The translations under genes and the position numbers were made by a program. Shown here in pieces: positions 49,197 through 57,856 of a DNA stretch of 64,000 bases (positions within the stretch are counted from its first letter, which is position 1; the number at the start of each line of letters is the position of its first letter). The notes under the pieces are model-generated. The model saw nothing but the letters and a program-made list of their open reading frames with translations, had not been told where the DNA came from and did not search any database. The stretch covers positions 25,317 through 89,316 of the forward strand of contig JAUQYZ020000230.1 of the NCBI GenBank assembly GCA_030587475.2. The letters are read 5' to 3'. Source of the stretch: Candidatus Sigynarchaeum calidifontis. Lineage in GTDB: Archaea; Asgardarchaeota; Lokiarchaeia; Sigyniarchaeales; Sigyniarchaeaceae.

Positions 49197-50747
49197 ATGA
49201 CCGGCAAGCTCGTGTACACGTTACTCTCGTCGGCCTATTTCGTTGACGAAAAATGGGGATACGGGAGTCCGCATCAAGGCATCATCAAGATGGGTGGCAT
49301 AGCGCACAAACCACGCAAGTTTGGCGGGAAAGATAATTTCAGCATCCCGGTCACGTGGCTCGTCACGCCCAAGTCCGCGTTGATCGAAAGAGAGTTACTC
49401 ACGAACTTCAATCAAAAATTCCGAGATCAAGTCGGCTACATGCTGAACGTCGACAACCACTCGATGAACCGCCACACAGATCTCTTGAAGCCAGAGCGCA
49501 AGAAGGATCTCGAAGCGCACGTCGCTCGCGAAATCGCCGAGATCAAGGAAATTCTGCCGTGGGCAGATATCCAGGTGGTTGGAACGGGCTATCGTAGCAA
49601 CAGCCTTGTTCAAGTGCTCGGCGATCTCAACATCCTCGGGATGTGGGGATCGTGTCCCTTCCAGATCGGGACGGATCACATAACCGATTTCGGGGCGCCG
49701 TGGGGGCAATGGTACGTGAACCCGCAGAATTACAAATGCCCGAAAAAGTTCCTCGGCAAGGTAATCAATCTTGAATGGACATGCCGCGATCTCAACAAGG
49801 CATTCCATTATGTCCAGCCAGAGGCCTATTCAACCGACCCAAACGATGCTGAATCCGAGTTCAAGTGCACGGACACGAACGTGGAGTATTGGAAGGCCTT
49901 GCTCGCGCAATACATGCGGAATCTCGATTTGAACGAGTATATATTCTTCCACCAGCACCAGGAAGCACACGAGATGGAAGCGACGCCAACTTGCGTGCCG
50001 TTCATGAAATCCGCCTCCGGGCGCATCGATTTCACGGCCAAGATGCTCGACCTGTTCCTCGACCACGTGGTCACCCAGAAAGACCTGTTGATAATGGATG
50101 CCAACGAAGCTGTAAGGCTCTACCACGATACTTACAAGGGCAACCAGCCCGAGTGTTACATGTATTTCGAGGACATCCCCATCCATGAAATCAACCCTGT
50201 CTACAAGAAACACGTGGAGGGAAGGCCCTTCAAGCCCAAGCACATTTACCTGTCTTTTAACGAGCAATTCTACAATTACGTGGACAAGTTCGTGGCCCAA
50301 GAAAACTGGTGGCTCAAGGTACCGCCGTGGAAGGAGTCCTTCTTCTACTACGATAGCGAGTGCATGCTCGTGTTCGACAAGCCTGGACAAGCACCCGTGT
50401 GGATATGCAATTACATGGAAGAGGAAGGCCGGCGGTTCGACGACGAGCTCATGCTTTCGGAGGAAAAGATCCCGCCGCACCTGGTGGAACACCAGATCGC
50501 CGATGAAAAGGGCGAGGTCATGAACGTGGCCATCGCGGTCAAGAGCGAAAAGGTAATGCCATATGGCATTGCCTTGTGGGGGAAAGATTTCGACCTGGCT
50601 TCTGTCGAGGTCGTGCACAGTGCCACGGCGGTGCATGCAAAGGTCATCAACGACACCTTGCTCTTCATACGGTTCAACGTCAACAAGGGACAGAACGAGA
50701 TCGAGCTCAAGGTGTCGCACGCGCTCAAGGCGGGTGCGAGCAAGTAA
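49197..50747 (+). CDS. Hypothetical protein, possible deacetylase/GH-type barrel
   Basis: Long ORF with typical codon usage; PVTW and GAPWGQWY segments. Confidence 0.7.
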   Translation: MTGKLVYTLLSSAYFVDEKWGYGSPHQGIIKMGGIAHKPRKFGGKDNFSIPVTWLVTPKSALIERELLTNFNQKFRDQVGYMLNVDNHSMNRHTDLLKPERKKDLEAHVAREIAEIKEILPWADIQVVGTGYRSNSLVQVLGDLNILGMWGSCPFQIGTDHITDFGAPWGQWYVNPQNYKCPKKFLGKVINLEWTCRDLNKAFHYVQPEAYSTDPNDAESEFKCTDTNVEYWKALLAQYMRNLDLNEYIFFHQHQEAHEMEATPTCVPFMKSASGRIDFTAKMLDLFLDHVVTQKDLLIMDANEAVRLYHDTYKGNQPECYMYFEDIPIHEINPVYKKHVEGRPFKPKHIYLSFNEQFYNYVDKFVAQENWWLKVPPWKESFFYYDSECMLVFDKPGQAPVWICNYMEEEGRRFDDELMLSEEKIPPHLVEHQIADEKGEVMNVAIAVKSEKVMPYGIALWGKDFDLASVEVVHSATAVHAKVINDTLLFIRFNVNKGQNEIELKVSHALKAGASK

Positions 50748-50765
50748 TCCGGCACGGTGTCGTGT

Positions 50766-51566
50766 TTAGCTGAAGCCGTCGCAAAACGCCTTGATGTTCG
50801 CGCCGAGTTCGGTGAAATTGTACCCGCCCTCGAGCACGGCGAACCGGCGCCCCTTGCATTTCTCGTTGGAAAATTGCTTGCACAACTTGCCAATGGTCGT
50901 GTAGTCCGACCGTTTCAAGAGCCTTCCCCAGTCATCGATATAACGGTCGAATCCAGCGCTGACGGCGAGGATATCGTACCCTTTCACCTCTGCAAACCGT
51001 TCCTCGATGTCCGAGATAAACGTCTCGCTTACCATGGAATCCGGGTGGAAATACTCCACTTCTTTCGAGCTGCTAAAGATGTTGGCGGTGCCGTCGCCAA
51101 AGTGCAAGTCGAAGTCCAAGATAAATGCGCTGCCGATCTTCCCGTCGGCGAGCAATTTCTTGATCGCTACCGCGATATTGTTAAAAAAACAGAAACCCCA
51201 AGCGCTGCCCGGGCTCGCGTGGTGGCCGGGCGGCCGGATCGCTGCGAACGCCGGCGTCCCGCTCCATGCGAGCTCCGCGGCGTCGATGGCCCCGCCCGCG
51301 GCGAGCAGGGCCATGTCGAGCAAGTACTTGTCCCCCGCTATCTCATCGTAGTGGCTCGCGGTATGGACTCGCAATATATCGGCTTTTTTCGCGGGCTTGG
51401 GCTCCAAGAATTTGCCTCTAGTCTCGGCTTCGATCATTGCCCCGATGGAATCGAACCTGCTCTGTTCGGCAGCCGGATCGCCCGAATACTCTCCCTTGTC
51501 GAACGCGTGCGAATAAACTATTTGCATAAATGTTCTCTCCAATAAACGATTTTTTTTACTAATCAA
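50766..51566 (-). CDS. Histone deacetylase family protein
   Basis: RPPGHHA, GFCFFNN, DFDLHFGDGT, SAGFD and LEGGY. Confidence 0.93.
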   Translation of the reverse strand: MISKKNRLLERTFMQIVYSHAFDKGEYSGDPAAEQSRFDSIGAMIEAETRGKFLEPKPAKKADILRVHTASHYDEIAGDKYLLDMALLAAGGAIDAAELAWSGTPAFAAIRPPGHHASPGSAWGFCFFNNIAVAIKKLLADGKIGSAFILDFDLHFGDGTANIFSSSKEVEYFHPDSMVSETFISDIEERFAEVKGYDILAVSAGFDRYIDDWGRLLKRSDYTTIGKLCKQFSNEKCKGRRFAVLEGGYNFTELGANIKAFCDGFS

Positions 51567-51661
51567 GGAGGCACATTAACGAGATGCCAGATGCACTAAT
51601 TAAATCTTTGAAGCATATATACCTCCATATCGATAGGTAACGGCACATCGGCGACAGATAT

Positions 51662-54652
51662 ATGGGTTTAGCTAAAGCATTTGGAAAGTATATGACGGCG
51701 AGATATCGATGGGCGAAATCCCATGATAAAGACAAGGCGGCCTCCGTTGTAGCACCTCGCGAGCACGCGACATACTATGCGAAGGATGCCGAGACGGTCT
51801 TGGCCGAGTTCAACACCGACGACATGACAGGTCTGTCCTCCGAGGAGGCTCAAAGGCGGCAAGTCGTGTATGGTTTGAACGAGTTACCGAAGGTCAAGCG
51901 CTCGATCTACAAGCTCTATTTCGCGCCCGTCCTGGAGAACACTATTATAATGATATTTCTCCTGGCTGCTGGATTTATGCTTGTGGTTAGTCTTATCATT
52001 CAAAAGTCGATCGTTTCTCCATTAATCAACTTTATCGTTATTATTCTGAATGCTTGCATCGCGATTGGCCAGCAATTACGAGCACAAAAATCGCTGGAAT
52101 CGTTGAAGCGACTTACAAAAAATGTTTGTACAGTAATTCGTGGCGGGATCAAGATCTCGGTCGATTCTACAAAGGTAGTTCCCGGAGACATCCTTGATTT
52201 GCAAGAGGGCGATCGCATAGTCGCGGACGCACGCATAGTCTCCGAGGCAAGTTTCTTTGTGAACGAATCGGCGATCACGGGGGAAAGCCAGCCCGTGCAA
52301 AAGACTTCCAAAACCCTTGCTGAAGGTGAAATAATCTCCGGCATCCATAAAATAAAGAATTGCGTTTTTTCTGGCACGTTCGTAACCAAGGGAAATGCCC
52401 GCGCGGTGGTCTTTGCCACTGGCATCCACACGGAAATCGGAAATATTTCGAAAAACCTGAACCTCGTTACCGCCGAACAAGAAATCCCCCTCAAAGGGAA
52501 GATCAACAAATTTGCGAACTGGCTAGCAATCTTCGTTGCCATCATGTTCGTGGCACTCTTGATATACGTGCTCATCGTCATGGCAACGATTCCTGGTTCG
52601 TTCACGCCAACGAACTTCTGGTGGCGTTTCGTCAATACAGTCGAATTAGCACTCAAGTTCGTCCCCATCAACATCGTACTGCTATCCACGATCATTCTCA
52701 TCACCGGCGTTCTGGCCATAGCTGCGAAGGGCGTGATTACGCGAAAACTCACGGCAGTCGAAGCCCTTGGCAGAGCGTCCGTCGTTTGCACAGATAAAAC
52801 AGGAACGCTCACGAAAAATGCAATGACCGTCCAGAAGGTCTGGGCGAACGACCGGCTCTTCGATGTCACGGGCCTCGGGTACTCGAGGGATGGCGCGATC
52901 TTGCTTGGTGACCGCGTGGTGAACAAGGATGACTTCAAGAGCTTGAAAAAACTCGTGATAGCCGGCTTGCTCGACAACAACGCGGAGGTCGTGGAAGAGG
53001 ACTTCAAGGTAGCACGGAAAGGCGAGCACGTGCAACTCGTCCGGAAGGTCATCGGCGACCCAATGGAAGGTGCGCTCGACGTGCTCGGCGAGAAACTCAA
53101 GATTTACGAGTCCGAAATGCTCAAGCACTTGAAATTCATCAAGGAATTCCCTTTCGACTCGGAACTCAAGCGCATGACAAAGATCTGGGCGTCAACGAGC
53201 CCGAAGATCAAGCACGAGTGGATGGCATTCATCAAGGGTGCCACCGAGCTGATACTCGACCGCTCCACGTCGATCATGGAAGACGAGGAGGAACACGCGC
53301 CCCTGGATGACAAGCGCAAGAAGCGCATAAAAGACGAGGTTCAGAAATGGGCGTCGAAGGGATTCCGCACGCTCGGCATCGCGTGGAAGGATCTCAAGGC
53401 GCTGCCTGAGGGTCGGGAATACACCCGGGATGAGGTAGAAACTGATATCACGTTCCTCGGCTTCGTGGTCATCCAAGACCCGCCCCGTGAAGGCGTGCGG
53501 GATGCAGTGCTTGCTTGCGAGCGCGCGGGCGTGACCGTGGTCATGATCACGGGTGATTCAAAGGATACCGGCGCGGCGATAGGCCGAGAACTCGGCATTT
53601 ATGACGAGGGCGAGATAGTCGTTGAAGGAAAGGACATCCCGAATCTCGATGACGAGACATTCATGAAAACCGCGGTCTTCGCACGCGTGTCGCCCAACGA
53701 CAAGCAAATCATCGTCAAGCGGTACCAGGACAAGGGAAAAACGGTCGCTATGACAGGAGACGGCGTGAACGACGCCCTCGCGCTCGGCATGGCGGACGTT
53801 GGGCTGGCGATGGGCCTCACGGGAACGGACGTGGCCAAGGAAGCCGCGGACATGATCATATCGGACGATTCATTCAACACGATCGAGCTTGGTATCAAGG
53901 AAGGCCGTGGTTTGTTTGCAAAAATCCGCACGATGATTTTTTTCTATATATTCGTGAATGTTGCAGAAGCGATCGTCCTCATCTCAACTTCATTCATCAA
54001 TATTGATTTCCGATTGTTCGACACGGGCTTGCAAATCAATCTCATCTACGTGTTGCCTCATACATTCCCACCACTCGGGCTTACCTTCGACCGGACGTCC
54101 ATGGATGTCATGAATGAGAAACCCCGAAACGCGGAGGAGATCTTCAGCAAGAACGTGTTTTACTTGCTCATCATCACGATTGCCTATATGGTCGTTGTCC
54201 TCATCATAGTCTCTTTTCCAATCATCAACTCTTTTTTGGCACAAGGCGCGAACGTTGCAACTCTCAACGCGACCATCGATCCAAAGACGAGAAACGAGTT
54301 TCAAAAGATAATTAACCAAGGAATGGCACGGCCGCGGACAATTGCATTCTGCGTGATTTTCATCGCGGAAACGGTCGCCGTGTTTTCCATCCGGCGCCCG
54401 AACATCCCCGTCTGGAAGAGTTTCCGCAAGGATATGAGTCCGGCCTTGATATTTTTCACGGTTTTGACATTCCTCGGGATGATAGGGGTCGTTTTCGCCG
54501 TTCCTTATATTCCCTTCTTGAACAATTATCTTTACGTTCAGACACTAAACGGCGAGGATTGGGCGATCATTCTTGCTTTGAGCTTGCCTATCATCGCCGT
54601 CGTCGAGGGATACAAGTGGTACATTCGTTCGGTGAAGAAAGAGATTATCTAA
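51662..54652 (+). CDS. P-type ATPase (type II-like core, atypical transport site)
   Basis: TGES, DKTGTLT, KGA, DPPR, MITGD and TGDGVND. TM4 reads VPINI. Confidence 0.93.
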   Translation: MGLAKAFGKYMTARYRWAKSHDKDKAASVVAPREHATYYAKDAETVLAEFNTDDMTGLSSEEAQRRQVVYGLNELPKVKRSIYKLYFAPVLENTIIMIFLLAAGFMLVVSLIIQKSIVSPLINFIVIILNACIAIGQQLRAQKSLESLKRLTKNVCTVIRGGIKISVDSTKVVPGDILDLQEGDRIVADARIVSEASFFVNESAITGESQPVQKTSKTLAEGEIISGIHKIKNCVFSGTFVTKGNARAVVFATGIHTEIGNISKNLNLVTAEQEIPLKGKINKFANWLAIFVAIMFVALLIYVLIVMATIPGSFTPTNFWWRFVNTVELALKFVPINIVLLSTIILITGVLAIAAKGVITRKLTAVEALGRASVVCTDKTGTLTKNAMTVQKVWANDRLFDVTGLGYSRDGAILLGDRVVNKDDFKSLKKLVIAGLLDNNAEVVEEDFKVARKGEHVQLVRKVIGDPMEGALDVLGEKLKIYESEMLKHLKFIKEFPFDSELKRMTKIWASTSPKIKHEWMAFIKGATELILDRSTSIMEDEEEHAPLDDKRKKRIKDEVQKWASKGFRTLGIAWKDLKALPEGREYTRDEVETDITFLGFVVIQDPPREGVRDAVLACERAGVTVVMITGDSKDTGAAIGRELGIYDEGEIVVEGKDIPNLDDETFMKTAVFARVSPNDKQIIVKRYQDKGKTVAMTGDGVNDALALGMADVGLAMGLTGTDVAKEAADMIISDDSFNTIELGIKEGRGLFAKIRTMIFFYIFVNVAEAIVLISTSFINIDFRLFDTGLQINLIYVLPHTFPPLGLTFDRTSMDVMNEKPRNAEEIFSKNVFYLLIITIAYMVVVLIIVSFPIINSFLAQGANVATLNATIDPKTRNEFQKIINQGMARPRTIAFCVIFIAETVAVFSIRRPNIPVWKSFRKDMSPALIFFTVLTFLGMIGVVFAVPYIPFLNNYLYVQTLNGEDWAIILALSLPIIAVVEGYKWYIRSVKKEII

Positions 54653-54769
54653 TTCGAATCCGTTGGCCTTTTCTTTCATTATTCTCACACGGGCGCGGAA
54701 AGCCAAATCCTTTATCTCGTAACGTTATCGTGTCTCGGTTATTGTCGCGTGTTAGGTGCATCCTCAAAG

Positions 54770-56761
54770 ATGGTCGAAAAACGTGATAAAGTGGTGCTCA
54801 ACTGGCGGGCGAAAAGAACGGTCTCGACAGATGTGGCCAAGCTGATCACCGGAAACATCGAGACGGCGGAGCGTTACTTCTGCGACCAAAGCGGCGTGGA
54901 TTTGCAGCCTAACCAGCTTTTCTGGGGAGACAATATCGAGGTATTGCGTTACTTAATCGCCAAGCGCGTCGATCCAGTGGATATGATCTACATCGATCCG
55001 CCGTTTTTTTCCGGTGGCAAGTTTTCTATCCGAGCCCCGGGCGGGAACTTCCCGCGCGCTTACAAGGACACGTGGCATGATGGATTGGCTCAATACCTCG
55101 ATTATATGCACGAGCGTCTCGTCCTCATGCACGCGCTGCTTCGCGACGGGGGATCAATGTACGTCCACCTCGATTGGCACGTGTTTCATTACGTCAAGGT
55201 CTTGCTCGACGAGATATTCGGTTACGAGAACTTCCGGAACCAGATCATCTGGAAACGGCTCACATACAAGCAAACGCAAGTCAAGGCATACGGTGTCTTG
55301 CACGACGTGATCCTCTTTTACACGAAAGGGAAAGACTACACGTGGAACGACGTTCGTGCCGGGTACGGCGAGGAACGGCTCAAGAAATACTTCTGCTGGC
55401 TCGAAACACCAGACGGGAAGAACATCAAGCTCACGCGCGACCAGCTCGAGGGGAAATCGCCCATCCCCGAGGGCCGCCGGTTCGCCTTGAACCCGATAAT
55501 CAATCCCAATCCCAACCGGCCGAACCTGACTTACGAGTTTCTCGGGTTCAAGAAGGTCTGGAAATACACGGAGGATAAAATGCGGGAATATCACGCCCGG
55601 GGGCAAGTGTTCCAGCCATCACCTGGTGCGCTGCCGCAAAAGAAGCAGTACCTCGACGAGAGCAATGGCATGAAGCTGAATGACTTGTTCCTCGACATCG
55701 GCGGGGTCATGGGTAGCAGCAACGAGCGGCTCGATTTCGACACGCAAAAGCCGCTCAAGCTGCTCGAACGCCTGATCCAGGTCTCGACCAATCCTGGCGA
55801 CACGGTCGCGGATTTCTTCAGCGGGTCGGGAACTACCCTCGATGCCGCGGAGGGACTCGGGCGCAAGTGGATCGGGTGCGAGCTGGCGCGCCCGGGCATC
55901 AACGCGACGAGAAAAAGGCTAATCAGTCGCCGGTCGAGCATGATACAAAATAAAAGCAAGAAAAACGGCCAATATCACGCGCCGTTCGAGGTTCGCAAGG
56001 TAGTTAGCGCAGCGGAGCTAGCCTGGCTCAGAAATCCCCGGGATCACGCGCGTGCAATGCTGGCATTGTACGGCGCGGAGGCCGTCGAGTCCGCCGAATA
56101 CGGTCGCGGGAAGAAAGATGGCAAGTTGGTCGTGGTCATGCCTCCCACGGCTTCTATTAACGCGGGATCCGTTCAAATGATGATAAATGACGTTCTTGGC
56201 AAAACAAGGGATGTTGTAGGGGTAGACATCCTCGCTCGTGATTGGGCATTGGGGCTCGGTGAGAATCCATCCTCTTTTTCGCGACCCGGGTTCGACGTTC
56301 GATTAGTGCAGATCCCGTCGACCAGCGAGATCGTTGCGTTACTGGTGGGAACGGGAATGAGTATCGATGATCTGCTACAACACGAGGTTCCCCCGGCGAT
56401 CCAAGCCGCGGTTCCATTTCACGCGCTGCCGGACATAATAATTTCACAAAAGCTACAAAAAGGAAAGCTTGAATTGGTTTTGGACGGATATCGCTGCAAT
56501 AATAGGTGTTTTGGCGAGGTCCGGTCGAAACCGGGCGATGATTCCTTCGCAGTCGTGGATTTCATGGGGATCGATTGGGATCACGACGGGCAAGTGTTTG
56601 CATGCAGCGATGCTCTCGTCCAATCGAGGAAAAGCCCTGCCGTGACGTTCCGGTTCTCGCATCAATACCACGTGCAAGGCCCACATCAAGTCATGGTTCG
56701 CATTGTCGACGCGTTCGGTAATGATTCATCTCGATTTGGCCAGTTCGACGTGATTATTTGA
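54770..56761 (+). CDS. Site-specific DNA methyltransferase (beta class, Mod-like, probably N6-adenine)
   Basis: YIDPPF precedes TQKP..L and DFFSGSGTT; long C-terminal extension. Confidence 0.9.
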   Translation: MVEKRDKVVLNWRAKRTVSTDVAKLITGNIETAERYFCDQSGVDLQPNQLFWGDNIEVLRYLIAKRVDPVDMIYIDPPFFSGGKFSIRAPGGNFPRAYKDTWHDGLAQYLDYMHERLVLMHALLRDGGSMYVHLDWHVFHYVKVLLDEIFGYENFRNQIIWKRLTYKQTQVKAYGVLHDVILFYTKGKDYTWNDVRAGYGEERLKKYFCWLETPDGKNIKLTRDQLEGKSPIPEGRRFALNPIINPNPNRPNLTYEFLGFKKVWKYTEDKMREYHARGQVFQPSPGALPQKKQYLDESNGMKLNDLFLDIGGVMGSSNERLDFDTQKPLKLLERLIQVSTNPGDTVADFFSGSGTTLDAAEGLGRKWIGCELARPGINATRKRLISRRSSMIQNKSKKNGQYHAPFEVRKVVSAAELAWLRNPRDHARAMLALYGAEAVESAEYGRGKKDGKLVVVMPPTASINAGSVQMMINDVLGKTRDVVGVDILARDWALGLGENPSSFSRPGFDVRLVQIPSTSEIVALLVGTGMSIDDLLQHEVPPAIQAAVPFHALPDIIISQKLQKGKLELVLDGYRCNNRCFGEVRSKPGDDSFAVVDFMGIDWDHDGQVFACSDALVQSRKSPAVTFRFSHQYHVQGPHQVMVRIVDAFGNDSSRFGQFDVII

Positions 56762-57045
56762 TAAATGCAAAACTACATGGTTATCTTATTCCAGGAGACC
56801 TGTAATGGATCGCCCGCATGTTGAAGCGCTACGTGATATGGGCGTGAACGCCAGGCCTTCCGGTCAGCATGCGACGTCGATTAATCTACCCCCGTTAATT
56901 TTCCCAAAAAAAGAAGCTTTTTTTTAACCAGCAACAAAGCTAGAACATCAAAGGATTTTGATAGAAATCCCGCCCTGTTCCCATCAAGTGCTAAATATAT
57001 TCGATGATGGGAACCCGATCCAATAAAAAAACATGTGAGTGAGCC

Positions 57046-57813
57046 GTGTCGCAAAATTTTACCCCGCTTTCGAGCCAGCTCGGCATCACGGGCAGCTCCT
57101 ACCGGCTTCAGCTCGGAAAGGTAGGCAATTCGTGGGCTGCCCGCATTTTAAAGGGTAATGAAGTAGTCGTCAGCACGACATTTAACGAGCTTAATGGAAA
57201 CTTGATAGTCGGTTTTGTCATGCAAGAAACCGCCATTCCTAACCTTAACCCGTACCAGATCATGAAAACCGTGCAGTTCCTCACCAAGGAGGCGCAAGGA
57301 AACGAACTGCGCGCGAAATCTGCCGGCATCCCCGCGCCAGGCCCGGAAGTCCAGGAGCGAACCCAGGCGGCCGCGGCTGCCATCGCGCAAAAAGCCACCG
57401 CGCCATCGCCCGCGAGGGCTCCGGTCGACACGGCCCTCGCATCGGATGAAGACACGCGAGCATCCTATCGCGTCGTACCGGGTGCAAGAAAGGAGGTGCC
57501 GGTTGAGCAACCCGCGGCAGCTGCAACGAGCGTGAACTGGGGGGAAACGGTAACGATCGCCAAGAACCGGCAGCTGAAACCCATACCATCCGCGGAGTCC
57601 GGCGCAAGCGCAGCACCCGGCCAGGCAGTTGCGAAATCTGAGACCCCGGCAGCGACGCCCTCCCCAGGGGCCGTCCGGACAAGTCCTCCAGCAGCTATCC
57701 CCGCCGCGGAGGCTCATCAGAAATCTGGAATAGAGGAGCGGGTAGCCAAGATCGAAGCATCGATAGCCCGCATTGAGGCGCGGCTCGCCAAGATCGAGGA
57801 AAAACTTGGTTGA
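57046..57813 (+). CDS. Hypothetical protein: globular N-domain, Ala/Pro-rich linker, C-terminal coiled coil
   Basis: IEERVAKIEASIARIEARLAKIEEKL heptads; TATA-like box at about 56993. Confidence 0.75.
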   Translation: MSQNFTPLSSQLGITGSSYRLQLGKVGNSWAARILKGNEVVVSTTFNELNGNLIVGFVMQETAIPNLNPYQIMKTVQFLTKEAQGNELRAKSAGIPAPGPEVQERTQAAAAAIAQKATAPSPARAPVDTALASDEDTRASYRVVPGARKEVPVEQPAAAATSVNWGETVTIAKNRQLKPIPSAESGASAAPGQAVAKSETPAATPSPGAVRTSPPAAIPAAEAHQKSGIEERVAKIEASIARIEARLAKIEEKLG

Positions 57814-57856
57814 TCCACGCAACTTTTTTTCTCTTTCCAGTCAATGCTCTAGTAAC

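Noticed and set aside
56815-56873. Stem-loop CGCATGTTGA/TCAGCATGCG as a SECIS or ncRNA
   Set aside because: No neighbouring gene has an in-frame TGA and no SECIS quartet is evident. It may be chance or a terminator.
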